This document shows positions 26,353 through 35,860 of a stretch of DNA of 64,000 nucleotides, piece by piece; the stretch's first letter is position 1, and each line of letters starts with the position of its first letter. The translations under genes were made by a program, and so were the position numbers. Origin of the DNA: an uncultured Erysipelotrichaceae bacterium. GTDB lineage: Bacteria > Bacillota_I > Bacilli_A > RFN20 > CAG-826. The stretch spans positions 9,431 through 73,430 of the forward strand of contig ONCO01000002.1 of the NCBI GenBank assembly GCA_900316365.1, read 5' to 3'. Below the pieces are notes generated by a model. It had not been told where the DNA came from. It worked only from the letters and a program-made list of their open reading frames with translations, and did no database searches.

Positions 26353-28302
26353 ATGGTAGATTTTGACAAGGCAGAACAGCAGTACACTGCAGAAAATATT
26401 GAATTGCTCAGTGAGCTAGAGGGCGTTAGAAAACGTCCTGGTATGTATATCGGCAGCACCAACACGATGGGTCTTCACCATCTTGTTTGGGAAATCGTCG
26501 ATAACGGCGTTGACGAAGCGGTCAACGGTTTTGGTAATAAAATCACGGTCATTATCCGTAAAGACGGATCCGTTTCCGTTGAGGACGAAGGTCGTGGTAT
26601 TCCAGTCGACTGGCACGAAAAAGCTAAGATGCCAGCGGTACAATTGATTTTCTCCACCCTCCATTCCGGTGGTAAATTCAACAGCAAAGTCTACTCTACC
26701 TCCGCGGGTTTGCATGGTGTCGGCGCGACCGTTACCAATGCCTTATCCGAATGGATCGATATCACCATCTGCCGTCAGGGAAAGATCTACCATATCCGTT
26801 TCGAAAATGGTGGTAGGTTAGCGGTTCCTCTCGAAGTCATCGGAACCACCAATAAACACGGTACCACCGTACGTTTTAAGCCTGACGCAACTATCTTCTC
26901 CACCACAGAATTCAAGTGGGACACCATCTATAACCATCTCCGCGAGGAATCCTTCCTCCTCAATGGCGTGCACCTCATCCTCAAGGACGAGAGAAATGGT
27001 CTTTCCCATGAATTCTATTGCGAAAACGGCTTACGCGAATACGTCTCCGCGTTAACCGAAAACAAAGAAGCCATCGGCGAAATCATCTCCGCCCAAGGCG
27101 AATGGAAGCAGATTCAGATGGAGACGGCTTTCTGTTGGTGCTCCAAAGATTATAACGAGACCCTTTTAAGCTACGCCAACTCGGTTCGTACCCATGATGG
27201 TGGTACCCACGAGAGCGGTTTTAGGGCTGGTATTACCAAAGCAGTCAATGACTGGGCCATCCAAAACGGTGTTATCAAAGAGACCCAAAAGCTCGATGGC
27301 TCCGACATTCGTGAAGGTTTAACCGCCATCATTACCGTTAAGATTCCGGAAGCCGCTTTGGAGTATGAAGGCCAGACCAAAGGCAAACTTGGCAGCCCTG
27401 AAGCCTATAGCGCAGTCTCCAACTTTATCTACGATCAGCTCGTCCATTACCTCGCCGAGCATAAGCCTTTCGCCATGGATTTAATCCATAAGTGCACGGC
27501 GGCTCGTGAAGCGAGAGAGGCGGCCAGAAAAGCCAAAGAAGCGGCGCGCGGCGTTAAGAAAATCAACAAAGTCGACGCGGTTATCTCTGATAAACTCGCC
27601 TCGGCATCGAGCAAAGATTACAAGAACAACGAGCTCTTTATCGTTGAGGGCGATTCCGCGGGTGGCTCTGCTAAAACCGGTCGTGACCGTGCCCATCAGG
27701 CCATCTTACCTCTTAGAGGTAAACCACTTAACACCGATAGCGTTACCATGGAGAAGATGTTACAAAACGTCGAATTCTCCACGATTATTCAGACCATCGG
27801 CGCGGGCGTTGGCTCTAACTTCGATATCAACGATTCCAAGTACGGCAAGATCATCATCATGACCGATGCTGATACCGACGGTGCCCACATCCAGATCTTA
27901 CTTTTGACGTTCTTCTATAACTACATGAAGCCATTGATCACCAACGGCATGGTCTATATCGCCTGCCCGCCTCTCTATGGCGTCTTTAAGAAGAACGATA
28001 AGAGCAAGATCGTCTATGCTTGGGACGACGCTAGCCTTGAAGAGGCTAAGAAGAAGGTCGGCGCTGGTTATTCCATCTCCCGTTACAAAGGTCTTGGTGA
28101 AATGAATGCCGACCAGCTCGCTAATACCACGATGAATAAGAAGACCAGGAAACTCCTCCAGGTCCATATCACCGATCCTTTGGTCGTTGAGAAGCGCATC
28201 TCCGTCCTCATGGGCAAAGATGCTTCGCAAAGACGCGATTGGATCGAAGAAAACCTCACATTCAACGAGGTCGATAATTTCATGAATGAGGTCGATAAAT
28301 AA
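26353..28302 (+). CDS. parE: type IIA topoisomerase subunit B, probably topoisomerase IV ParE
   Basis: GHKL ATPase (LEGVRKRPGMYIGS, HHLVWEIVDN), TOPRIM ELFIVEGDSAGG, PLRGKPLN. ParE rather than GyrB is inferred from the plsY-parE-parC synteny. Confidence 0.8.
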   Translation: MVDFDKAEQQYTAENIELLSELEGVRKRPGMYIGSTNTMGLHHLVWEIVDNGVDEAVNGFGNKITVIIRKDGSVSVEDEGRGIPVDWHEKAKMPAVQLIFSTLHSGGKFNSKVYSTSAGLHGVGATVTNALSEWIDITICRQGKIYHIRFENGGRLAVPLEVIGTTNKHGTTVRFKPDATIFSTTEFKWDTIYNHLREESFLLNGVHLILKDERNGLSHEFYCENGLREYVSALTENKEAIGEIISAQGEWKQIQMETAFCWCSKDYNETLLSYANSVRTHDGGTHESGFRAGITKAVNDWAIQNGVIKETQKLDGSDIREGLTAIITVKIPEAALEYEGQTKGKLGSPEAYSAVSNFIYDQLVHYLAEHKPFAMDLIHKCTAAREAREAARKAKEAARGVKKINKVDAVISDKLASASSKDYKNNELFIVEGDSAGGSAKTGRDRAHQAILPLRGKPLNTDSVTMEKMLQNVEFSTIIQTIGAGVGSNFDINDSKYGKIIIMTDADTDGAHIQILLLTFFYNYMKPLITNGMVYIACPPLYGVFKKNDKSKIVYAWDDASLEEAKKKVGAGYSISRYKGLGEMNADQLANTTMNKKTRKLLQVHITDPLVVEKRISVLMGKDASQRRDWIEENLTFNEVDNFMNEVDK

Positions 28303-30980
28303 TGGCAAAACGTAAGAAGGAAGAAGAAGTAATCATCCCTGAAACCATCGAGCCTGCCACCTTGGACGACTTAATGGGCGATCGTTTTGGCATTTATGCC
28401 AAGGACGTCATTCAGGATCGTGCCATCCCTGATGCCAGAGACGGCATGAAGCCGGTTCAACGCCGCATTATCTATGCGATGTATGACACTGGGAACACCA
28501 TCGATAAACCAACCAAGAAATGCGCCCATATCGTCGGTGAAGTCATGGGTAATTACCACCCACATGGCGACACCTCCATCTATGACGCGTTGGTTCGTAT
28601 GTCCCAACCATGGAACGTCCGTCTTCCATTAGTCGACTTCCAGGGTAACAACGGTTCCATCGACGGCGATGGTGCCGCGGCTTATCGTTACACCGAAGCC
28701 CGTTTGGCTGCCGTTAGCCAAGAACTCGTCAGAGACCTCGACAAGAATACTGTCGATATGGTCTTAACTTTCGACGACTCCAAGAAAGAACCAAGCGTCC
28801 TCCCTGGACGTTTCCCAAACCTCCTCGTCAATGGTGCGAAGGGTATCGCTGTCGGTATCGCGACCGAAATCCCAACCCATAACTTAAGCGAGGTCATCGA
28901 CGCCGTTGTTTATCGCATCAACCATCCAAATTGCCCAATCGAAAAGCTCATGGAATTCGTTCCAGGCCCAGATTTCCCGACCGGCGGCATCATCTATAAG
29001 TCCAAAGGCATCGAGGATATCTATCGTACCGGCCGCGGCCGTATCGAAATCGCCTCCAAATGCGAAATCCAGACCAATGACGGCGTCAAACAGATCGTCA
29101 TTACCGAGATTCCATACCAGGTTGTTAAGAGCAAATTGGTAGGGGAAATCGACCAACTTAGACATAACAAAACCATCGCTGGCATCGATGAAGTTCGTGA
29201 CGAAACCGATAAGACCGGTATGCGCATCACCATCGACTTGAAGAAAGATGCGAAGGAAGAGGCGATCCTTGCCTACTTAATGGCCAAGACCGAACTCCGC
29301 ACCAGCTATAGCGCCAATATGGTCGCTATCGTTGATGGACGTCCAAAGACCATCGATTTGCTTTCCTATTGCGATTGCTTCATCGCCCATCAGGTCAACG
29401 TCATCACCAGACGTTCCCGTTATGACTTGGATAAGGACAATGCCCGTTTATCCATCGTTAACGGCTTAATCAAAGCCGCCGATGTCATCGACGAAGTCAT
29501 CCATATCATTCGTAGATCCAACGATAAGGCTGATTCCCAGAGAAACCTAGAAGCGGCCTTTGGTTTTACCGTCGATCAGAGCAAAGCCATCGTCGAGATG
29601 CCGCTTTATAAATTAAGCCATACCGACGTTAATACCCTCCTTAACGAGAAAGCCTCTTTAGAGGCTGATATCGCTGAGCTTAATGCCATCCTCGCCGACC
29701 CAGATAAGCTCAACGCCGTCATCGTCAAAGACTTAAAGCGCATCGCTAAGACTTATGGCGATGAAAGAAGAACCGCCATCCAGGAAGACGACGGCGCTAA
29801 CCGCGACTTCAATAAGCGCGACCTCATCGCGAAAGAAGACGTTATGCTTGCCGCCACCAGAGACGGCTACCTCAAGCGTAGCTCCATGGCCTCTTGGAAA
29901 GGCTCTGGCGGACAAAATGGCGCATTCCCGGGCATGAAAGCCGGCGACACTTTGATCTACTGCGGTCAGGTTGAAAGCACCGACAATATGCTCTTCTTTA
30001 CCTCCAAAGGCTCCTACATGTTCGTCCCAGTCCATCTCATCAAGACGAATAAGTGGCTGGAGGAAGGCGTCCACGTTAATACTGCGATTAACCTCGATGC
30101 CGACGAGAAAATCATCTATGGCGTTGCCGTTAAGAATTTCCGCGATGACCTCTATATCGCCCTCTTAACCAAGAATGGCGCGATTAAGCGTGTCAGACTT
30201 AGCGACTTCAAGGTTGTCCGCTTCAATAGGCCAATCCGCTGCATGAGAATCCTTGGCGGAGACGAGGTAGTGGATGTCGCACTTACCAGCGGTAATTCGA
30301 ATCTTTTAATCCTTTCCTCCGATGGTAAGGCCGTTATGTATAACGAAAACGAGATCGCCTCTAGCGGAACCGGCGCCGGCGGTATCAAAGCCGCGAAGTT
30401 CCAGGGCTCCGAATGCGCGGCGTTACTCTCCTTCTTGCCTGATGAAAGCGCGAAGGTCTTGCTCCTAACCCAGTACTCGCATACGCGCGTCCTTGATATC
30501 AAGAATGTCCCAGTGACCAAGAGACTCAGCGCTCCAACGATTATCTTCCGTTCCTTCAAGTTCGAGCCAAACGAACTCGTTATGGCGGTTAAGGTCAATG
30601 GACGCGAAGCTCCAATCACCTATAAGTGCACTTTGCTTGAGGGCGATTACTTCGATGTCACCTGGCCAGATCTCTATCTCACCCCGATGGAGAAATACGC
30701 GAAGAAACCAGACGAATCTAAGCTTGTTAAGAAGAACTACATCGTCAATGTTAACCTCTGTGGCAATGACATTGTCGACGATAAAACCGTTGCCTTAGAG
30801 GCGCCTGTGGCGGAGGTTCCAGCCTCAGCTGAAGGCGAAGCCAATAAAGCCGATTCTAGTGAAGTCGAAGGGCCGATTACCTTCTCTGCTGAAAGACCAG
30901 TGGAGGATTCAGAGGCCATCGAAGAGAAAGAACCGACTGAACATTTCGAGCAAATCTCCATCTTCGACGATGATTTCTAA
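28302..30980 (+). CDS. parC: type IIA topoisomerase subunit A, probably topoisomerase IV ParC, with acidic C-terminal tail
   Basis: Active-site AAAYRYTEARL, HPHGD. No clear GyrA box (QRRGGKG). Confidence 0.8.
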   Translation: MAKRKKEEEVIIPETIEPATLDDLMGDRFGIYAKDVIQDRAIPDARDGMKPVQRRIIYAMYDTGNTIDKPTKKCAHIVGEVMGNYHPHGDTSIYDALVRMSQPWNVRLPLVDFQGNNGSIDGDGAAAYRYTEARLAAVSQELVRDLDKNTVDMVLTFDDSKKEPSVLPGRFPNLLVNGAKGIAVGIATEIPTHNLSEVIDAVVYRINHPNCPIEKLMEFVPGPDFPTGGIIYKSKGIEDIYRTGRGRIEIASKCEIQTNDGVKQIVITEIPYQVVKSKLVGEIDQLRHNKTIAGIDEVRDETDKTGMRITIDLKKDAKEEAILAYLMAKTELRTSYSANMVAIVDGRPKTIDLLSYCDCFIAHQVNVITRRSRYDLDKDNARLSIVNGLIKAADVIDEVIHIIRRSNDKADSQRNLEAAFGFTVDQSKAIVEMPLYKLSHTDVNTLLNEKASLEADIAELNAILADPDKLNAVIVKDLKRIAKTYGDERRTAIQEDDGANRDFNKRDLIAKEDVMLAATRDGYLKRSSMASWKGSGGQNGAFPGMKAGDTLIYCGQVESTDNMLFFTSKGSYMFVPVHLIKTNKWLEEGVHVNTAINLDADEKIIYGVAVKNFRDDLYIALLTKNGAIKRVRLSDFKVVRFNRPIRCMRILGGDEVVDVALTSGNSNLLILSSDGKAVMYNENEIASSGTGAGGIKAAKFQGSECAALLSFLPDESAKVLLLTQYSHTRVLDIKNVPVTKRLSAPTIIFRSFKFEPNELVMAVKVNGREAPITYKCTLLEGDYFDVTWPDLYLTPMEKYAKKPDESKLVKKNYIVNVNLCGNDIVDDKTVALEAPVAEVPASAEGEANKADSSEVEGPITFSAERPVEDSEAIEEKEPTEHFEQISIFDDDF

Positions 30981-31022
30981 GCTAAAAGTCGCGTCAAAGT
31001 AGCTACTACATTAATAGTATTA

Positions 31023-31044
31023 AATTAGTAGTTTATTAGTAATT
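31023..31044 (+). repeat. AATTAGTAGTT (perfect) plus TATTAGTAATT (9/11) tandem after parC
   Basis: Lies between the parC stop (30978-30980) and its terminator. Confidence 0.85.
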
Positions 31045-31047
31045 GAG

Positions 31048-31080
31048 AAGGCTAGATATACTCTAGCCTTTTTCTATTTT
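31048..31080 (+). terminator. rho-independent terminator after parC
   Basis: aaggctaga-tatac-tctagcctt followed by tttct. Confidence 0.88.
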
Positions 31081-31161
31081 TAAGGCTTATTTTGCAAAAT
31101 GTAAATGGTAGGGGAATTCTCGTTTATCTTTCAAAGAATTCTTAGGCATAGTGCTATCTTG

Positions 31162-31183
31162 AAACGATAGAATCGTTTATCAT
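31162..31183 (+). promoter_or_regulatory. palindrome AAACGAT-aga-ATCGTTT abutting a TATCAT box 6 nt upstream of the yqeG ATG (leaderless candidate)
   Basis: tTATCATtaaagcATG. No SD. Confidence 0.4.
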
Positions 31184-31189
31184 TAAAGC

Positions 31190-31714
31190 ATGAGGAAAAA
31201 GTACATCCCATTTGCACATGCTAAAAGCATCTTCGACGTCAGCGAAGAGTTCTACAAAGCCAATGGAATCAAGGTCGTCCTCTGCGACTTAGACAACACT
31301 CTCGGATCCGTCAAAGAGAAGGATCCATCTCCTAGAGTGTTCGAACTTGTGAAAAACATGAATAAATGGGGAATCCGTTTTCTCATCTGCTCGAACAACA
31401 CTGGCGGTCGCGTCAGCCGTTTTGCTTCAGAGCTCGGCATCCAAGTAGCATCAAGGATGCTCAAACCGTTAAGTTTCCGCGTTAAGGCGTTTTTAAAGAA
31501 AGAGGGCATTAACCCTGAGGAAGTCCTGCTTGTCGGTGACCAAATCATGACCGATGTCCTTTGCGGCAATGGAGCTCACCTTAAGGTGCTCCTCACGGAA
31601 CCGATCTCACCGATCGATCCACCGTGGACTAAATTCAACCGCATCTTTGATAGGCCGAAACGTAAGAAACTGTTATCCAGGCATTTAGTGCCGGAATGGG
31701 AGGAACGCTTATGA
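31190..31714 (+). CDS. yqeG: YqeG-family HAD phosphatase
   Basis: DLDNTL motif. Heads the conserved yqeG-yqeH-yhbY-nadD-yqeK-rsfS cluster. Confidence 0.85.
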   Translation: MRKKYIPFAHAKSIFDVSEEFYKANGIKVVLCDLDNTLGSVKEKDPSPRVFELVKNMNKWGIRFLICSNNTGGRVSRFASELGIQVASRMLKPLSFRVKAFLKKEGINPEEVLLVGDQIMTDVLCGNGAHLKVLLTEPISPIDPPWTKFNRIFDRPKRKKLLSRHLVPEWEERL

Positions 31715-32850
31715 GTCAATGGAAAGTGGTCAGACGCTGCTATAACTGCGGCGCAATCCTGCAATCTGAGGATCCAAATGCAGAGGGCTACGTCGATGAG
31801 GTGGTTTTAGAGAAAACCCCGGTCTCGATGCCAGTGTTCTGTTACAAATGCGGAACCGAGAGTCAATACAACTTCGGTCCGAAGCGTTTGTACGCCAGCG
31901 AAGATTACCTCAACATGATTAGGGACGCGAGAGCCAGCGATGCTCTTATCATCTACCTCGTCAACCTATTCAGCTTCGAATCTTCCTTCATTCCGGAGAT
32001 TACCGAGCTTTTACGCGGCTTAAAGATCATGGTAGTGGCCAATAAGCGCGACTTGTTCCCAAAGAAGGCTGATGACCCACACCTCCAAGAATACGTCGCT
32101 CACCGTTTCCGTGTCGCCGGCATCCGCATGAAAGCGGAAGACGTCACCTTGGTCTCCTCCTTATCGACCACCGCGGATATCTCCTCGATCATCAATGCCT
32201 ATTCCGAGAAACGCCAAGGCCATGATATTTATATCATCGGCGCGACCGGCGCAGGCAAAACCCATTTCATCACCGCCTGCTTAAGAGGTTATAAGAACAA
32301 ATCCCGTTATGCGGTCCAGACGGCTCCATATCCAGGAACCAAGCTCCGCGTCATGCAGATTCCTCTCGATAATTCCTCGAAGATCTACGACACTCCGGGC
32401 ACACCTATCGATAACTCCTTGCTCGCTATCCTCGACAACAAGAACACGGGCATCGCCATCCCGCAGGAATCCATCACCAAGAGATCCTTCTCCCTTGGCT
32501 TAGGCGATTCCCTCTTATTGGGTGGCGTCGCCATGATTCAGCTAGTCGATGGCAAGAGAAGCAGCATCGCCGCTTATTTCGCTAGACCAGTCACCTTAAA
32601 GCCGGTCATGAAGAACGCTGAGGCGGCCTTGCTTAAGGGCATCCAGAAAGAAACGCTTCGCCCAATCAGCGAGAAAGTCCAATCCATGGATGACTTCGAT
32701 ATCTTTGATATCGCCGTCGATGAAGAGGGCTCCCGCGACATCGGCATCGAAGGTTTTGGCTGGATCAATTTCACCGGCCAGAAGCAGACCTTCCGCGTTT
32801 ACGCGCCTAAAGGCATTTCCATCTACACCACGAGGGCAAAATTACTATGA
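31711..32850 (+). CDS. yqeH: ribosome biogenesis GTPase YqeH (circularly permuted)
   Basis: N-terminal CYNCG...CYKCG zinc motif, NKRD then GATGAGKT order. ATGA overlap with yqeG and SD gggagg. Confidence 0.88.
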   Translation: MSQWKVVRRCYNCGAILQSEDPNAEGYVDEVVLEKTPVSMPVFCYKCGTESQYNFGPKRLYASEDYLNMIRDARASDALIIYLVNLFSFESSFIPEITELLRGLKIMVVANKRDLFPKKADDPHLQEYVAHRFRVAGIRMKAEDVTLVSSLSTTADISSIINAYSEKRQGHDIYIIGATGAGKTHFITACLRGYKNKSRYAVQTAPYPGTKLRVMQIPLDNSSKIYDTPGTPIDNSLLAILDNKNTGIAIPQESITKRSFSLGLGDSLLLGGVAMIQLVDGKRSSIAAYFARPVTLKPVMKNAEAALLKGIQKETLRPISEKVQSMDDFDIFDIAVDEEGSRDIGIEGFGWINFTGQKQTFRVYAPKGISIYTTRAKLL

Positions 32851-33137
32851 CATTAACTCCAAAACAGAGAGCCGTCCTTAAAGGGATGGCCAATACAATC
32901 CATGATCGCTACCAATTTGGCAAAGGCGAAGTGGATGATGCGTTCGTCGAACTCATCGATAAGGCCTTGGAAGCCAAAGAGCTTATCAAGGTCGGCTTAC
33001 TCCAGAACGCCGAACTCACCGCGGATGAAGTCGCGGCGGAGCTTGTTAAGCGTTTAGACTGCGGCCTAGTCCAGAAAATCGGCCGCGTCATCGTGCTTTA
33101 TCGTCCATCCAAGAAGCACCCAACCATCAAGATCTGA
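32847..33137 (+). CDS. yhbY: YhbY/YqeI-like CRM-domain RNA-binding protein
   Basis: 96 aa. LTPKQRAVLKGMAN...GKGEV...IKV..L pattern typical of YhbY. Confidence 0.85.
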   Translation: MTLTPKQRAVLKGMANTIHDRYQFGKGEVDDAFVELIDKALEAKELIKVGLLQNAELTADEVAAELVKRLDCGLVQKIGRVIVLYRPSKKHPTIKI

Positions 33138-33144
33138 TTAATCC

Positions 33145-34257
33145 ATGGAGAACCTGATTATTTACGGCGGGTCTTTTGACCCAATTCATAACGGGCATCT
33201 CCGCATCGCTCGGGCCGCGTCGCTCGCTTATAACGCCGACGTGCTTTTCGTTCCTGCCCAGACTCCTAGATGGAAAGAGCCGGAGGCCAGCGCGGAACAA
33301 CGCGTTGAGATGCTCCGCCTTGCCTTAAAGGAGAATGGTGGACCAAGCTTCTCTATCGACCTAATCGAGATTAATGAGATTTCTGAGGTCAATTACACCG
33401 TAAACACCGTTAAGAGCCTTAAAAAGAAGTACAAAGACAGAGAAATGTATTTCCTAATCGGGGCCGATCAGGTGAACGCCTTCCCGAAATGGAAGGATCC
33501 AGAGATAATCGCTTCCTTGGTCAAGATTGTTTATTGCCCAAGGCCAGGAGTGGAGATCGATGACTCAATCGTCGAACGGTATTCGATGCTAAGGCTCCCA
33601 TATGATGGCTCTGGACCGGTATCAAGTACGGCTGTAAGAAACTTACAGGACATTGATATTCCATTGACCGTCAGGGACTACATTGAGAAAAACGGCCTCT
33701 ATTACATGAAAAAGGTCGCACCATATCTCACAGAGCACCGACTCAATCATTCGCTCTCAGTGGCGAATTTGGCCTATAGAATAGCCCTTAAGAATCAAGT
33801 CGAGGGCTATCACAAGGCTTATATCGCCGGTTTGCTCCATGATATTGGCAAAAACATGCCCATCTCAGAGCAGAGGAAGATAATCAGGGAGCATTTCCCA
33901 GAGCACATTGAAGATCCCGAATGGTCTTACCACCAATTCGTAGGTTCTTATATCGCCGAGCATGACTTCGGAATAAAAGATGAAGCAATTCTCGATGCAA
34001 TCCGTTATCATGCAACAGGCAAAAGGCACATGTCGCCTTTAGGCAAGATAATCTATGCCTCCGACAAGATAGAGCCGACTAGGGGATATAATTCCCGCCC
34101 GCTCATCAATGCGTGCCTTAAAAACTATTACGTAGGATTTATCACGGTCCTCGAAGCAAATCGTGAATTCCTGGCTTCTAAGGGTTATAGAAACGGTGAT
34201 TGCCGCCTATCCTTGGAATGCATGGACCTTTATCTAGGAGAAAATGAGAATGACTGA
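33145..34257 (+). CDS. nadD: fusion of nicotinate-nucleotide adenylyltransferase NadD and HD-domain YqeK
   Basis: N-terminus GGSFDPIHNGH, ...SST.VR. C-terminal HD domain (HSLSVA, LLHDIGK, YHATG). A single 370-aa ORF. Confidence 0.88.
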   Translation: MENLIIYGGSFDPIHNGHLRIARAASLAYNADVLFVPAQTPRWKEPEASAEQRVEMLRLALKENGGPSFSIDLIEINEISEVNYTVNTVKSLKKKYKDREMYFLIGADQVNAFPKWKDPEIIASLVKIVYCPRPGVEIDDSIVERYSMLRLPYDGSGPVSSTAVRNLQDIDIPLTVRDYIEKNGLYYMKKVAPYLTEHRLNHSLSVANLAYRIALKNQVEGYHKAYIAGLLHDIGKNMPISEQRKIIREHFPEHIEDPEWSYHQFVGSYIAEHDFGIKDEAILDAIRYHATGKRHMSPLGKIIYASDKIEPTRGYNSRPLINACLKNYYVGFITVLEANREFLASKGYRNGDCRLSLECMDLYLGENEND

Positions 34258-34600
34258 AAAAGAATTAGCCGAATTCGCGGCGAACCGCCTCGATGAGCAC
34301 AAAGCTGAGAACATCATCACCATGGATGTCAGCAGAATCACCCCGTTCGCTAGCTATTATGTAATTGCCACCCTTCAGAACGAGCGTGCCCTTGGCGCGA
34401 TCGCGGATGTAGTGGCGGAAGAAATCGAAAAAGCCGGCGGAACTATCCGCGCCATTGAAGGCAAACCAGAAACCGCTTGGGTCTTGGTTGATGCGGGTGG
34501 AGTTATCATCCATCTCTTCCTTGAATGGTCCAGAAAAGAGATCAAACTCGACGACTTAGTCGGTGAGAGAATCAATAAATTGGTCTCTAAAGAAGCCTAA
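34244..34600 (+). CDS. rsfS: ribosome silencing factor RsfS
   Basis: RsfS/YqeL-like (...DHKAENIITMDV..., WVLVDAGGVIIHLF). Last gene of the yqe cluster. Confidence 0.9.
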   Translation: MRMTEKELAEFAANRLDEHKAENIITMDVSRITPFASYYVIATLQNERALGAIADVVAEEIEKAGGTIRAIEGKPETAWVLVDAGGVIIHLFLEWSRKEIKLDDLVGERINKLVSKEA

Positions 34601-34623
34601 AAAAGCCGATTTTAAAACGAGTA

Positions 34624-34650
34624 GGGGAGCGGAAACGCTCCCTTTTCTTT
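34624..34650 (+). terminator. rho-independent terminator after rsfS
   Basis: gggagcg-gaaa-cgctccc followed by ttttcttt. Confidence 0.88.
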
Positions 34651-34931
34651 GTTATGAACTTCTAGACGTACAAATTAAATGTCATTCGTGGATGGGCGGA
34701 TAAGGCTAAATATGGTTTTAAAAACGCTTCGAAAGCAGTGCCTCAAAAATCTTATGCAGCACTTACCCTCTTCTAACCCAATCCTGTGGAAAACGTATTT
34801 ACTTCGGATAATGTCCATTATGTTACCTTAAATGTATAGAAAGCGTCTATTTATGGGCTTTTTGCGTTCTCCTATTTCTTTTATCTACTTTTATCTGTGA
34901 GTTTTTCACATCCAAAAATCCTTTGAATTCA

Positions 34932-34953
34932 CACTACTAAAAAACTACTAATA
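34932..34953 (-). repeat. two near copies of AATTAGTAGTT (8/11 and 10/11), 11-nt spacing, downstream of the ABC permease terminator
   Basis: The plus strand reads CACTACTAAAA-AACTACTAATA. Confidence 0.7.
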
Positions 34954-34961
34954 CCACTTTT

Positions 34962-34996
34962 AAGAAAAACGACGGAATTCTCATTTCCGCCGTTTA
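34962..34996 (-). terminator. rho-independent terminator after the ABC permease gene
   Basis: The minus strand reads aaacggcggaa-atgagaa-ttccgtcgttt followed by ttt. Confidence 0.8.
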
Positions 34997-35032
34997 AATC
35001 GTTTTCCTGATTCTTATCCTTATTATTGAACC

Positions 35033-35848
35033 TTAGTTCTTTTCTTTAGGTTTTTTCCAGATTAAGATAGGTATGTCAATGATAATCATTAATAACAATG
35101 CCAAGATGGCATACGCAGGAATATTCGCAATGCCACCGTCTGGATCAACAACTCGGGCCGTCGCAATGAGCGTTCCGATTCCGCTCTTGGTCGCTGAGCT
35201 CGCCGTTAAGACTTCTGACATGATGCAAGTCTTAAGAGCTAAGCCTAACGTCTGAGCGATGCCGGATCTCACATACGGCCATGCCTCAGGGATTAAGACC
35301 TTGGTAATCGCATTCGTTTTTCTGACGCCGCCTTCAATGCGGAGCGAGTTAATGATTCCTGGATCGACATTCGTAACGCCGGCTCTGAATGATTCATAGA
35401 GCAATGGGAAGATTACGAAGATCACCAAGACGATTGGCGCCCAGTTAAGCCAGGCATGTTTTCCGCTCCCGAGGATAATGCTAAAGAGCAACAATACGAC
35501 GGCGACCGTCGGAATCGTCCTCTGGAAAGCGACTAATGGCTTCATGAAGGCCTTAACGCTTTCGAATAAGCCCGCTAGAACGCCAAAGATGCCAGCGAGG
35601 ACAAATGATATGGCCCAGCCGATGAATGTGCGTAATAACGTCCATCCGATTGCGCCCCAAGTGCCTTTGCCTGGCTTTCCGAATAAAAGGTAACATAATG
35701 TTGCAACCGTATCATGCGGATAAGGAAGGCCATAATTCCCTTGGGAAATTAAGATTCCCGAAATCAGATACCAAATTCCGATAAGGAAAACGAACCCTAG
35801 CAGGGTCATTACGACAACAATGTTTCGGGTTCGTTTCTTATCTTTCAT
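35033..35848 (-). CDS. ABC transporter permease (NitT/TauT/SsuC-like family)
   Basis: Six-helix binding-protein-dependent permease with an EAA-like loop (LIPEAWPYVRSGIAQTLGLALK). Confidence 0.85.
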   Translation of the reverse strand: MKDKKRTRNIVVVMTLLGFVFLIGIWYLISGILISQGNYGLPYPHDTVATLCYLLFGKPGKGTWGAIGWTLLRTFIGWAISFVLAGIFGVLAGLFESVKAFMKPLVAFQRTIPTVAVVLLLFSIILGSGKHAWLNWAPIVLVIFVIFPLLYESFRAGVTNVDPGIINSLRIEGGVRKTNAITKVLIPEAWPYVRSGIAQTLGLALKTCIMSEVLTASSATKSGIGTLIATARVVDPDGGIANIPAYAILALLLMIIIDIPILIWKKPKEKN

Positions 35849-35860
35849 TACTAATCCTTA

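Noticed and set aside
34679-34831. 50-codon ORF (MSFVDGRIRLNMVLKTLRKQ...) in the rsfS/permease spacer
   Set aside because: No SD, no recognisable family, and no coding-like composition. It is kept only as part of the unexplained spacer.
34896-34910. CRP/FNR-like site TGTGA-n5-TCACA
   Set aside because: The spacer is 5 nt rather than the canonical 6. The site lies between two convergent terminators with no promoter to regulate.
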